From Gemmatimonadaceae bacterium (GTDB taxonomy: Bacteria > Gemmatimonadota > Gemmatimonadetes > Gemmatimonadales > Gemmatimonadaceae): a stretch of 64,000 bases of DNA. The notes under the pieces were generated by a model, which did no database searches, was not told the DNA's origin, and worked only from the letters and a program-made list of their open reading frames with translations. Shown one piece after another: positions 47,541-57,938 of this stretch. Positions within the stretch are counted from its first letter, which is position 1. Every line of letters begins with the position of its first letter. The position numbers were made by a program, and so were the translations under genes. Location: positions 1 through 64,000 of the forward strand of contig JANRJP010000072.1 of assembly GCA_033763905.1 (NCBI GenBank). Direction: 5' to 3'.

Positions 47541-50500
47541 TCAGAAGGTGATCTCGACACTGCCCGTCACCGTGCGATAGCGCGGATAGACGAAGCCGTC
47601 GAGTCGATTGAGGACGGAGCCGACCTCGGGGTCGTAGCCCTTGTACTTCGTGAGCGTAAGGAGATTGCGCCCCAGCAGGCTCAGATACACGCCCTTGGCG
47701 CCGGCCTTGCCGAGCACGGCCGCGAGACTGGGTGGCAGCCGGTACTTCACCGAGAGCTCACGCAGCTTGAGAAAGCTCGCATCCTCGACGAAGTGGTCCG
47801 TTGGCGAGGCGGCCGCGTAGAGCGTGACGTAGTACTCGATGGGCTTCTTGAGATCCTGCGGCCGTCCGCCCTGATCGACATCTCGGCTGCGCGCCCACTG
47901 ATACATCCGCTGGTTCGTCTGGTTGTAGACGTCCCCGCCAATCTGCGCATCCCACAGCATGAAGACCTGCAGCGACTTCCACGCGACAGTGTTGGAGACG
48001 CCGAAGCGGAAGTCCGGGTTGCCATCGCCGATCTTCACGACCGCCGCATTGCCGGCGGCGTCAGTCGCCTGGATCGGCAGCCCCCAGCCATACGTCGCGG
48101 TGCCAATCGTGGCGGTCGTTCCCCACAGCGACCGCGATTCACCGTCGCGGAACGTGTTGCCCGGGCCGACCCAGACGAGGTATCCGTCGTCGTTGACCTG
48201 GAACTCGTTCGCGCGCGCGCCAACCGACGCCGGCAATTCCCCTGCGCCGCGGATGAACCGGAAGCCGTACATCGAGCCGATCGTCTCGTTGGCGCAGCGG
48301 AATGCGATGGTCTGCGTGGTAAAGCAAGCGCGATTGAACTCCGTGATCCGGTTGCGCGTCCGGTCGGCGACGAGCCCCAAGCGCCACGAGAACTGCGCCG
48401 ACTTGATCATCTGCGCTTCCACCGTGGCCTCCCAGGTCGTCCCGGTCACGGTGCCGGCATTCTGCCACTGACTCGTGTAGCCGAAAGCGCCGGCCAGCGG
48501 TACGAGCACCAACTGATCGGTCGTCACCTGCCGGGCCCGCGAGAGCTGCACCGAGAAGCGATTCTTGATGATGGCGTCGAGGCCGACTTCCGTTTCCTTG
48601 GCGAACTCCGGCCGCAGGAAGCGGTTGCCGAGGGTCGCCTTCGCCAGACCGCCGCCCTCGAGCACGTCGTAGGTCTCGTACTGATCGAAGAACCCCGGGC
48701 GGCCGCCGGCCGTCCCTTGCGACACGCGCAGCTTGAACTCGTTCACCGAACGCAACGGCCACCACTTCTCCTGCGCCATTCGCCAGGCGGCACTGCCCCG
48801 GTAGAACCACTTGATCTGCTGCTCGGGCCCGAAGAGTGACGAACCGTCGCGTCGCCCGACGACATCGAGGACGAGCCGCCCCTCGTAGTCGGCCGCACCT
48901 CCAAGGACGAGGGAGTTGGTACGGATCTGCTCGTCGGTGGACGACACGAAGCGGATCGTCGCGTTGTTGAGGCTTTCGACGCCGGGCGCAGCGAAGTTCG
49001 TCCCTGACGCGGTCACGAGATTGTTTCGCTCCCGTTCGAAGAGCCCGCGCACCGTCCCTCGCAACGTGACGGGACCGAACGAGCGCAACAGACTGCCAGC
49101 GACTTGCCCGTTCAGAGCATCGGTCACGCCGTTGAAGCGCGAAATCTGCCCCGGGCCTCCGTTGGCGAAGCCCTCGGTCTTCTTCCCTTGATCGAGGAAG
49201 AAGTTCGTGTTCCGATCGGAACGATCGTAGCTGAGGTTGCCTTCGAGCGTGAACCACTCGGCGGGCGCCCAGCGGGCCTGCAGGCTGCCCTGCGTGCGCG
49301 TCCGCAGTCGCTGGTTGCGCTCGGTAGCGAGGACGTAGAGCGGGTTCTCCTCGCGGCCTTCGAAGTCCGGCTGGAAGATGTACGGCGTGCCGTCGGGATC
49401 CCGCTGGCGCAGATCGACGTCGGGCGCCTGGTTGATCAGATCGAAGAACGTATCGTCGTACAGGTTCTGTCGAGTGGATCGCATATGGTACGTGCTGATC
49501 CCGAACGACAGGTCGGATCTCGGCCGATGGTCGAGGTTGAAGCGCAGATCGTTCTGGTCATAACGGCCCGCGTTGAGCACCACCCCGTCTTCACGCTGAT
49601 TCACATACGAGAGGAACCAGTTCGTCTTCTCGTTCGACTGCGAGACGTTGAAACTGTTGCGGACAAAATTGCCGGGATCGAAGAACCGATCCACCTGATC
49701 GTAGAACGTCCCTGACTTGTACGGCGTGTCCTGAAACCGCGCCGTCAGGGGCTTCGGCACCCGTTGCTCCGGGGGCACCACCGTACCCGTCGCGTTGACC
49801 CAATCGCCTGCCGCATCGGTGAGGTAGTAGTGCTGCTGCGCCCACTGGACCCGTCGCGCCAGCGCATTGGCCCCGAACTCGCTGCGAACGGTGTACCGCG
49901 TATCACCGCCGCCGCCTGCGGAGCCGCGGCGCGTCCGAATCTGAATGACGCCGGACGCGGCACGCGACCCGTAGAGCGTGGCCGCCGCGGCGCCTTTGAC
50001 GACCTCGATGCTCTCGATGTCCATACTCTGCAGGTCGGCCGTCGCCGCCCCGAAGCTCTGGCTCAAGATCACCCCGTCCACGACGATCAGCGGATCGTTC
50101 GACTTGTTGATCGACGTCGGCGTGCGGAGCTGGATGTTGATACCACTGCCCGCCTGCCCCGTGGGAATCACGCTGACCCCCGCGACCTTGCCAGCGACCG
50201 TCTCGATCGCGTTCGTCGCTGGGACCGGCGCGTCCTCGGCCGCCACGCGTCCGACGGTAAATGGCACCTTCGTGCCAGCGGCAGGATCCGTTACCCCGGT
50301 CGTGACGATCGCCTTCAAGTTGAGCGATACCGGCGTCATTGCCACGTCGACGACGACTTCGCCGGACGCTGGCACCACGATGCCGCTCCGCTCGGCGCGA
50401 CGATACGAGACCCGCAGCACCTCGAGCGTCCAGGTGCCGCTGGGCACCGCGCCGAACTGGTACCGACCGTTCTCGTCGGTGCGTGCCGCGAGTCGACGAG

Positions 50501-50687
50501 CGCCTGCGACCAGCGCCACCTGCGCGAACGCGACCGGCTGTTTGGATTCGGCATCGGAGATCTGCCCGACGACACGCGCCGCGACCTGTGCTGTGGCGGG
50601 AGGTGCGACCGTGGCCATCGCCACTAGGGACGCGACGCACGTCACCACTCGCCGCGCGAGAGTGGCACCCAGGAACCTGAAGTACAT
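47541..50687 (-). CDS. SusC/RagA-family TonB-dependent transporter
   Basis: PLIVVDGV, DIESIEVVKGAAAATLYGSRAASGVIQIRT, VEDASFLKLRELS, YKGYDPEV, C-terminal Phe. Confidence 0.95.
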   Translation of the reverse strand: MYFRFLGATLARRVVTCVASLVAMATVAPPATAQVAARVVGQISDAESKQPVAFAQVALVAGARRLAARTDENGRYQFGAVPSGTWTLEVLRVSYRRAERSGIVVPASGEVVVDVAMTPVSLNLKAIVTTGVTDPAAGTKVPFTVGRVAAEDAPVPATNAIETVAGKVAGVSVIPTGQAGSGINIQLRTPTSINKSNDPLIVVDGVILSQSFGAATADLQSMDIESIEVVKGAAAATLYGSRAASGVIQIRTRRGSAGGGGDTRYTVRSEFGANALARRVQWAQQHYYLTDAAGDWVNATGTVVPPEQRVPKPLTARFQDTPYKSGTFYDQVDRFFDPGNFVRNSFNVSQSNEKTNWFLSYVNQREDGVVLNAGRYDQNDLRFNLDHRPRSDLSFGISTYHMRSTRQNLYDDTFFDLINQAPDVDLRQRDPDGTPYIFQPDFEGREENPLYVLATERNQRLRTRTQGSLQARWAPAEWFTLEGNLSYDRSDRNTNFFLDQGKKTEGFANGGPGQISRFNGVTDALNGQVAGSLLRSFGPVTLRGTVRGLFERERNNLVTASGTNFAAPGVESLNNATIRFVSSTDEQIRTNSLVLGGAADYEGRLVLDVVGRRDGSSLFGPEQQIKWFYRGSAAWRMAQEKWWPLRSVNEFKLRVSQGTAGGRPGFFDQYETYDVLEGGGLAKATLGNRFLRPEFAKETEVGLDAIIKNRFSVQLSRARQVTTDQLVLVPLAGAFGYTSQWQNAGTVTGTTWEATVEAQMIKSAQFSWRLGLVADRTRNRITEFNRACFTTQTIAFRCANETIGSMYGFRFIRGAGELPASVGARANEFQVNDDGYLVWVGPGNTFRDGESRSLWGTTATIGTATYGWGLPIQATDAAGNAAVVKIGDGNPDFRFGVSNTVAWKSLQVFMLWDAQIGGDVYNQTNQRMYQWARSRDVDQGGRPQDLKKPIEYYVTLYAAASPTDHFVEDASFLKLRELSVKYRLPPSLAAVLGKAGAKGVYLSLLGRNLLTLTKYKGYDPEVGSVLNRLDGFVYPRYRTVTGSVEITF

Positions 50688-50759
50688 CGGAGCTCCGTAC
50701 AAAGGGTTTGCCTTGCCGCGGTCAATCGTACCGTGCGTCGATGGTGCCCGCTAGCACAA

Positions 50760-50788
50760 CGCCCCTTCGGCTTGGAGACGAAGGGGCG
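50760..50788 (-). terminator. Hairpin downstream of the metalloprotease gene
   Basis: CGCCCCTTCG-N9-CGAAGGGGCG, short TTGT tail on the minus strand. Confidence 0.55.
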
Positions 50789-50808
50789 CCGGTCGTTCAC
50801 TGCTTCCC

Positions 50809-53316
50809 TCAGCGCGGGTTCAACACGCGCTCGATGCGGTCGACCAATTCCACCCAATGCGCGTTGACCATCCCTGAGGCTGGTGCCGCGGCGCGCGTCC
50901 GCGCCGCCCGCTGCACGGCGCGCAACTGCGCACGCGCTGCCGCGGCGATGTCCGTGCGCCGCACGTTGACTGCGGGCGCTGCGCCCGGCGGCCCCTGCGG
51001 CGCTCCCCCAGCCGCCACCGCCGGCGGATTCACCAGCGCCTCGAGCCGCTCCACGTAGACCCGGTGCAGCGTCCGGCGGTTCGCATCCGGCGCGCCGGTG
51101 CCGAGTACGCTCGCGGTCAGCTCGTCGAGGAAGGTCGCCACATCGTAGCCGGCGCCCGGCTGCACCGCGGCACCCTGCGCGAGACGATCAAGGCGCGCCG
51201 GCTGTGTCAGCGCCGTGAGCACCGCCCCCTGACGCGCCGCCACGACCGACGGTCCCGAGCCACTCGGACCGATACGCTGCATCACCTCGACCGGTACCAA
51301 CCAGCGTGGTGTCTCGAAGACTTGTGCCGACAAGAAGCGAAGCGCCGCCCGCTGGCGTTCGGTCGGGACGACCTGCCACACCGGACCGGGCTGATCCGAC
51401 ACCTTGGTATCGATCACCATCCCGCCGATCAGATTGGACACGTGCCCCATATACAGCGACCACATCCCGAGCAGCTCGCTGTGAATCTCGGCGAGGTCAC
51501 TGTAGTCCTCTCCAGGCTTCGTCGTCCACGCCACCACGTTCGGCACGACCCGCTTGAGGTTCGCGATCGCATAGGTCGAGGCCTGAATCGGATCGTCCCC
51601 GAGATCCTCGGTCTGCGCACGCGGATCGGTGCCGACGAGGTTCTGTGGGAGGTAACGGTACGCGAACATCCCGGTCGAGGCCTTGAGCATCCGATCGAGC
51701 AACGGACGTTCGGCCTCAGGCGTTGCCGCCTGGGGAAAAACACGATAGCCCCACTCGATCACGAAATCATCGAAGGGACCGAGGCGACGAATGAAATCCT
51801 TCGGGCCCAGGCCATCGCCGGGTTGCGCGACATAGTTCTGCCGCGCGTAATCCATAATCGTGGCCGACACGCCGTACTTCGACGTGAACGCGCGCGACCG
51901 GAGCGAGTCGGTGGGGAACGACGCCGAGGCGATCATATTATGCGGCAGGCCGAGCGCGTGCCCCACTTCGTGCGTGATGACCTGCGTCATCGTCTCGCCC
52001 ATCACGTCTTCCGGGATGTCGAGCGTCCGGACCGCCGGATTCGCCGCACCGGTTTCGATCAGCAGCCGGTTGCGATACGACCGCATATGGTTGTGATACC
52101 ACGTGATATCGGACTCGATGATCTCACCGGTACGCGGATCTGACGTGCTCGGTCCGACCGCGTTCCGAACGGTCGAGGCCGCCCAGCGCACGACGGAGTA
52201 CCGAATGTCTTCCGGATCCCAATCGGGATCCTGCGCCTTCGTCGGCGGATCCTTGGCCACCACGGCGTTCTTGAAGCCCGCTTTCTCGAATACCTGTGCC
52301 CACGCATTCACGCCTGCCCGCACGTAGGGCCGCCACTTGTCTGGCGTCGCCGGATCCAGGTAGTACGTAATCGGCTTGATCGGCTCGACGAGTTCGCCGC
52401 GGGCGTAGGCAGCCGGGTCCTTGGGCTCAAGTCGCCACCGTCGAATGAAGGTCTCGGTGGCGGCCTTCTGTTCATCCAGACCGTAGTTGATGCGGTCCAC
52501 TGTGAAGAAGCCGACGCGCGCGTCGGCGTACCGCGGGCGCATCGGCTCCTTCGGCAGGAGCACGAGCGATTGCCGCGTGCCAACCGTCAGCGTCGCCAAA
52601 TCGGCGTCGCCCGGCGGAGCGCCCGCATCGAACGTCTGCGTTTGCTGCACTTCGATGTTCAGCGGAAAACTCTTGATCGCGTCGAGCGACGAACGCGCGG
52701 GATCGAGCCGACGGACCTGCCACGTCCGACGTTGGGCGCTCGTAATGCCGGACAACGCGGGCGTGTCTCCCGTAAAGAAGTCGGTGACATCCAGCACGAC
52801 GCTCGCGCTATCGCGTCCGACGGCTTGCACGGGAAAGCTCCCGAGCACCGGGCCGACGTTGTTGGCCGTCACGGAACGAGCAATGGGAAGCGACGCGTCG
52901 GCGTACGCGTCGGGGCTCACGGCGCGGAGCTGCACGCGGTCCCCTTGGCGTTCCCAGCGGACGAGCCGCTCGTTCACGCTCGATCCCGCCGAGAGAAATC
53001 CGCCCACCCCCGCGGGTACGCCAGCAATGCGCGTCACGAGCAGCTGGTCGCGTCCAATGAGAGAATCGGGCACTTCGAAGTACCAGCGCTCGTCGACCTT
53101 GTGTACGGTGAAGAGCCCGGCGTCACTGACCGCCTTGGCCGTGATGACCTGCGCGTAGGGTCGTGGACCACGCCGCGCCGCCGGCGGTTGCGCGGCCTGC
53201 CCATTGGCGGGCGTTGGCGTCGCGGGGGCCGCGCTGGGCGGCGTCTGCTGCGCAGGCGCGACGGTGACGACCGTGGCCAGCGCGACGGCGCTGCAAAGAA
53301 CGGAACGACGAAGCAT
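50809..53316 (-). CDS. Zinc-dependent metalloprotease (DUF5117/DUF5118/DUF4953 type), exported
   Basis: PMRPRYADARVGFF, SDPRTGEIIESDI, HEVGHALGLPHN, TIMDYAR. Confidence 0.92.
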   Translation of the reverse strand: MLRRSVLCSAVALATVVTVAPAQQTPPSAAPATPTPANGQAAQPPAARRGPRPYAQVITAKAVSDAGLFTVHKVDERWYFEVPDSLIGRDQLLVTRIAGVPAGVGGFLSAGSSVNERLVRWERQGDRVQLRAVSPDAYADASLPIARSVTANNVGPVLGSFPVQAVGRDSASVVLDVTDFFTGDTPALSGITSAQRRTWQVRRLDPARSSLDAIKSFPLNIEVQQTQTFDAGAPPGDADLATLTVGTRQSLVLLPKEPMRPRYADARVGFFTVDRINYGLDEQKAATETFIRRWRLEPKDPAAYARGELVEPIKPITYYLDPATPDKWRPYVRAGVNAWAQVFEKAGFKNAVVAKDPPTKAQDPDWDPEDIRYSVVRWAASTVRNAVGPSTSDPRTGEIIESDITWYHNHMRSYRNRLLIETGAANPAVRTLDIPEDVMGETMTQVITHEVGHALGLPHNMIASASFPTDSLRSRAFTSKYGVSATIMDYARQNYVAQPGDGLGPKDFIRRLGPFDDFVIEWGYRVFPQAATPEAERPLLDRMLKASTGMFAYRYLPQNLVGTDPRAQTEDLGDDPIQASTYAIANLKRVVPNVVAWTTKPGEDYSDLAEIHSELLGMWSLYMGHVSNLIGGMVIDTKVSDQPGPVWQVVPTERQRAALRFLSAQVFETPRWLVPVEVMQRIGPSGSGPSVVAARQGAVLTALTQPARLDRLAQGAAVQPGAGYDVATFLDELTASVLGTGAPDANRRTLHRVYVERLEALVNPPAVAAGGAPQGPPGAAPAVNVRRTDIAAAARAQLRAVQRAARTRAAAPASGMVNAHWVELVDRIERVLNPR

Positions 53317-53518
53317 CGGATGCGGACCGAAAACGTACGATGGGCCACCCACGCCGGACCACGTGCCCGGGCGGTGCGGGAACTCGTGGAATATGCGGCG
53401 TCGCCGCGCCGATGCGACCCGGCGTCGCCACGGCTCGCCCCGCCGCCGCACGGATGGAATACACCGGAGGCACAGTCACATATAGTACAGGTGGGCATTC
53501 CCCCTCCGCATATCCACC

Positions 53519-55876
53519 TTGCGCGATCTCCTCTCCGACCTCGAACAACACCTCGGCGACCGCTACGCGTTGCAACGCGAGCTCGGCGGCGGTGGAATGT
53601 CTCGCGTCTTTCTCGCGCTCGAGCGTGCGCTTGGACGCCAGGTCGTGATCAAGGTGCTCTCGCCAGCGCTCGGCCGGGCGATCGACGTCGAGCGCTTTCA
53701 GCAGGAGGTCCAGACGTCGGCGGTGCTGCAGCATCCGCAAATCGTCCCCGTCTATCACGCGGGGGCGGCAGGCGACCTGCGCTACTACGTGATGCCGTTC
53801 GTTGCCGGCGAGTCGCTCGATGCGCAGCTCAAGCGCGAGGGGCCGTTGCCTCCCGCGCTCACGGCGCGGCTCCTGGCGCCAATTGCGCGCGCGCTGGCGT
53901 ACGCGCACGACTTAGGCGTCGTGCATCGTGACGTGAAGCCAGCGAACATTCTCATCTCGGGTCAGGAACCGATGCTGGCGGACTTCGGCATCGCCAAAGT
54001 ACGCCGCCCCGACGGCAGTTCGAGCGGACTCACTTCGGCCGGGATGTCGCTCGGGACGGTGACGTATATGCCGCCGGAACAAGTACTGGCCGAGCCGGAG
54101 ATCGATGGGCGTGCCGACGTGTATTCGCTGGCGGCGGTGGCCTACGAGATGCTGAGCGGTGCTCCGCCCTTCACCGGATCGGCGGCGCAGCAGATGTCCG
54201 CGCACGTGGTGCAGCCACCGGCGTCGTTGCGTGGCCGCCTTCGCGACCTGCCAGCGGCGCTGGACGCGCTCCTGCTGCGCGCGTTGTCGAAGGAACCTGG
54301 CGCTCGTCCGACGGCGGCGGAGTTCGCCAGCGCGCTGGAGCAGTTCGCCATCGCGCCCGTGGCGACGGCATCGGCGCCTGACGTCGCGGGACGGCGGTCG
54401 ACCGTAGTGTGGCGTGCCGCCGCTCTGGTTCTCGCGCTGGTCGGCGCGATCACGTGGTGGCAGTGGTCGGCACGCCCCGCCCACGGCGCCACGCCGGTCG
54501 TCGCGGTGTTGCCTTTCGAGTTGATCGGGCCACCGAGCGACGCGTACCTGGCGGCCGGCGTGACGGAAGAGGTCACGGCGGATCTCGCGCAGTACCCCGG
54601 CCTTCGCGTGCTATCGTCCACGACCGTGCGTTCGATGGCGGATGCGAAAGCCTCCGCGGAGACGTTCCGTGACCGCGCGGGCGTCGGGGCGCTGGTGGAA
54701 GGCAGCGTCCAGCGCGCCGGCGGGCGCCTGCGGATTTCGGCCCGCGTGGTGGATACCAAGAACGGCAGCGCGGTCTGGACGGCGCGCTACGAGCGTCCCG
54801 ATACCGCGCTCTTCGCCACCCAGCGCGAGATCGGTGACGCAGTGGCGGACGCGCTGCTCGCCGAACTCGGACTCCGACGCGCACCGAACGTGCGCGACGT
54901 CGGGGCCACGGACCCGGCCGCATACGACCTGTATCTGCGCGGTCGCTTCGCGTTGCAGTCACGCGGTGAAGAGGGACTGCGTACCGCGATGGCATTGTTC
55001 ACCGACGCGGTCGGGCGTCAGCCGGCGTTCGCGCGAGCGCACGCCGGCATCGCCGAGGCGGCCGCACTGCTGCCGCTCTACACCGCGACGCGGACCGATG
55101 CGATCGAAGCCACGGTGCGCACGGCCGCCGCGCGCGCGCAGGCGCTCGACTCCACGCTGAGCGCGCCGTGGGTCGCCCTCGGCCTAGTCGAGAAGGGGTT
55201 GGCGCGCTGGGAAGCCAGCGCCACGGCACTCGCGCGTGCGGTGGCGCTGGACTCCACGAATGGATCGGCGTTTCAGCAACTGGGCGAATTGCATTTCATT
55301 CTCGGGCGCTTCGCGGACGCCGAGCGAGCGCTGGCGCGCGCGGCCCGACTCGAGCCGACGCAGGACGGCATTCTCGCCGAGTACGCCTTCAGTCTCTTGC
55401 TGGTGGGCGCCACCGACAGCGCGCAGCGCGTGCTCGCGCGGACGACGGGCGGTGGCGGCACGAGTCCCTTCACGCACTACACCCTTGCGATGCTCGCCGA
55501 GCGACGCGGCGATCTCCGTGGCGCAATCGCGCCCCTCCGGACGGCGGCGGCGAGTGCCCCGATTCCCTTCTTCGAAGGCGCGCTGGCGCGGGGCTTGTAC
55601 CTCGCCGGAGCGCGCGACGAAGCGGCGGCCATCACCGCACGTCTGGCGACGGGCCGTGCGCGACCGGATATCGGCTACGCGCACGCTATCGCGCTGCTCC
55701 CCACGAACGACCGCGACACCGTGTTTGAGGGTATGGAAGCGGCCATCGTGGCGCGCGACCAGTTTGCGGTCTTGGTGCCACTCAGTCTCTGGTGGTTCGA
55801 CGACTTGCGGCGCGATGCGCGGTTCGAGCGATTGACCCGTGCGATGGGCCTGCCGGCGGCGGCTGGCCCCACCTGA
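53519..55876 (+). CDS. Hanks-type Ser/Thr protein kinase with TM, TolB_N-like and TPR regions
   Basis: GGGGMSRV, VVIK, HRDVKPAN, DFG, YMPPE; VAVLPF; AYDLYLRG. Confidence 0.93.
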   Translation: MRDLLSDLEQHLGDRYALQRELGGGGMSRVFLALERALGRQVVIKVLSPALGRAIDVERFQQEVQTSAVLQHPQIVPVYHAGAAGDLRYYVMPFVAGESLDAQLKREGPLPPALTARLLAPIARALAYAHDLGVVHRDVKPANILISGQEPMLADFGIAKVRRPDGSSSGLTSAGMSLGTVTYMPPEQVLAEPEIDGRADVYSLAAVAYEMLSGAPPFTGSAAQQMSAHVVQPPASLRGRLRDLPAALDALLLRALSKEPGARPTAAEFASALEQFAIAPVATASAPDVAGRRSTVVWRAAALVLALVGAITWWQWSARPAHGATPVVAVLPFELIGPPSDAYLAAGVTEEVTADLAQYPGLRVLSSTTVRSMADAKASAETFRDRAGVGALVEGSVQRAGGRLRISARVVDTKNGSAVWTARYERPDTALFATQREIGDAVADALLAELGLRRAPNVRDVGATDPAAYDLYLRGRFALQSRGEEGLRTAMALFTDAVGRQPAFARAHAGIAEAAALLPLYTATRTDAIEATVRTAAARAQALDSTLSAPWVALGLVEKGLARWEASATALARAVALDSTNGSAFQQLGELHFILGRFADAERALARAARLEPTQDGILAEYAFSLLLVGATDSAQRVLARTTGGGGTSPFTHYTLAMLAERRGDLRGAIAPLRTAAASAPIPFFEGALARGLYLAGARDEAAAITARLATGRARPDIGYAHAIALLPTNDRDTVFEGMEAAIVARDQFAVLVPLSLWWFDDLRRDARFERLTRAMGLPAAAGPT

Positions 55877-55888
55877 GGCGGCGCGTCG

Positions 55889-57400
55889 TCACCGCCGTCC
55901 ACGACCAAGTGGGTTGCTGCGCGATCCGTGGCGCACGTAGACCCGGCGCGCTTCCTCACGCGCCGCGGCCGACTCCCGCACGACGAACAGTCGCGCCTTC
56001 GCGTCCCGATACGCCGTGTCGTGATCGACGATCGGCAGCGGGTAGTCGCGCCCCAGTACCACCCCGGAGAGCTGCTGCAGGAGCGCTGGCTGTTCGTGCG
56101 GCCGATGCACCGCACCGTCAACCAGCGGCGCGAGCTCCGGCACCCATCGGCGGATGAACGCGCCGTCTGCGTCGTGCTCTTCGCCTTGCTTGTACGGATT
56201 GTAGATCCGCGCCGTGTTGATGCCGGTCGTACCCGACTGCATCTGGAACTGGCTGTAGTGGATGCCGGGCTCGTAGTCCAGAAAGTGCGGTGCCAGCGCG
56301 ACCGCCGTCGCTTGCCACGGTAGCCAGAGATGGTAGGACGCAAACGACACCAGCATCGCGCGCATCCGGAAGTTGAGCCAGCCTTCGGCGCGGAGCGCAC
56401 GCATACACGCGTCCACGAAGGGATAGCCGGTGCGTCCAGTAATCCACGCCTCGAGACGCTCCGCATCAGGAACGGCGGGTCGCAGGGCGTCGTACGCGCG
56501 ACTGAAGTTTTCGTACTCGATCCGGGGCTCGTCCTCGAGCTTCTGAATGAAGTGGTCGCGCCACGCCAGCCGCGAGACGAAGGATGAGAGCGAGCCGCGC
56601 CATCGAGGATCGGCCCCGGGATCCTCCCGCCACGAGGCATCTGCCCGACGCGCCGCCTGCCACGCCTGTCGCACGGAGATTGTCCCGAAGGCCAAGTGTG
56701 GACTGAGCCGCGAGCACGCGTCGAACGCGGTGTTCGGCGACGACATCGCGCGTCGGTAGTCAACGCCGCGCACCGTCAGAAAGCTCTGGAGCGTCTCGTG
56801 CGCCGCCCGTTCGCCGCCCTGCACCGCGTGCACGCGGGGGCCACGATCGACAACGCCGACCGCGGCCGCGTCGGGCCATTCGCCGTCGGCCGGCCCACCA
56901 GCGTCAGGCGCAAGTGACACGACGCGCGTGGGCGGCACCACGGGTCGCTCCCGCACCCACGCGCCCCAGTGCGTCGCCCACGCATCCCGCGACGGCAGCC
57001 GCCGGACGACGCCGTTGTTCGGCAACTCGTGCATTGGCACGCCGCGTGCGCGCGCCCAGGCCCGCACGCGGCGATCCCGCGCGTAGGTGATGGCGTTGCC
57101 GGTCTCCTCGTGCGCCCAGATCGATGAGAACGGCGACTCGAGCATCAGTCGGTCAAGCACCGCTGGCATCGCGCCCGTGCGCACGATCAGGCGGCCGCCG
57201 CGCCGTGCGAGCCGACGACGCAGTTCGTCGAGCGATGCCTCGATGAACCGATAATGCTGCGCGTCGAAGTCGGGCGCGCGCACCACTTCTGGCTCCACGA
57301 CGTACAGGGCCACGAGCGGCCCCCGCCGCGCCGCTTCGCGGAGCGGCGCGTGATCGTGCAAGCGCAGATCGCGCTTGAGCCAGACCAGGGCGTAGGGCAT
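55889..57400 (-). CDS. Cryptochrome/photolyase-family flavoprotein
   Basis: WLKRDLRLHDH, SRLSPHLAFG, GRTGYPFVDACMRAL, WLNFRMRAM, DYEPGIH..QMQSGTTGIN..RIYNP. Confidence 0.92.
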   Translation of the reverse strand: MPYALVWLKRDLRLHDHAPLREAARRGPLVALYVVEPEVVRAPDFDAQHYRFIEASLDELRRRLARRGGRLIVRTGAMPAVLDRLMLESPFSSIWAHEETGNAITYARDRRVRAWARARGVPMHELPNNGVVRRLPSRDAWATHWGAWVRERPVVPPTRVVSLAPDAGGPADGEWPDAAAVGVVDRGPRVHAVQGGERAAHETLQSFLTVRGVDYRRAMSSPNTAFDACSRLSPHLAFGTISVRQAWQAARRADASWREDPGADPRWRGSLSSFVSRLAWRDHFIQKLEDEPRIEYENFSRAYDALRPAVPDAERLEAWITGRTGYPFVDACMRALRAEGWLNFRMRAMLVSFASYHLWLPWQATAVALAPHFLDYEPGIHYSQFQMQSGTTGINTARIYNPYKQGEEHDADGAFIRRWVPELAPLVDGAVHRPHEQPALLQQLSGVVLGRDYPLPIVDHDTAYRDAKARLFVVRESAAAREEARRVYVRHGSRSNPLGRGRR

Positions 57401-57530
57401 CGCGGAGGAAACGTCTCGTTCGCGCCGTGAGGTTCCGAACGCCGTCGCTATAGCGTCGCTGGACGAGCCCCCAGGCGCGCGCCCCTTCCGTGACACGGAT
57501 CGAAGGACCGACATTGCAAAGACTCCAGCG

Positions 57531-57938
57531 ATGAGCGACCAGATGCAGTTGGGCTACACCATCATCTACGTCCCGGACGTCGACGCGTCATTGACGTTCT
57601 TCGAGACCGCGTTCGGCTTGGCCCGACGCTTCCTGCACGAGTCCGGCACCGATGGTGAACTCGACACCGGCGCGACCACGCTGGCGTTCGCTGCGCACGA
57701 CCTAGGGGAGATGAACTTTCCCGACGGTTACGTGCGCGGCGACACCTCGCCGCGACCGCTCGGCGTCGAGATCGCACTCGTGACCGATGATGTCCCCCTC
57801 GCGCACCAGCGGGCACTCGCGACGGGCGCGCGCGAGCTCTCGGCGCCGGCCGCGAAGCCGTGGGGACAGGTCGTGTCGTATGTGCGAGCCCCCGACGGCA
57901 CGCTCATCGAGCTGTGTACGCCCGTGCACCCGGCGTAG
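57531..57938 (+). CDS. VOC/glyoxalase family protein
   Basis: YTIIYVPDV, ELDTGATTLAF, KPWGQVVSYVRAPDGTLIELC. Confidence 0.9.
   Translation: MSDQMQLGYTIIYVPDVDASLTFFETAFGLARRFLHESGTDGELDTGATTLAFAAHDLGEMNFPDGYVRGDTSPRPLGVEIALVTDDVPLAHQRALATGARELSAPAAKPWGQVVSYVRAPDGTLIELCTPVHPA

Noticed and set aside
57904..57938. 35-nt convergent overlap between the VOC and SGNH genes
   Set aside because: Short tail overlaps are common in compact GC-rich genomes; no sign of function
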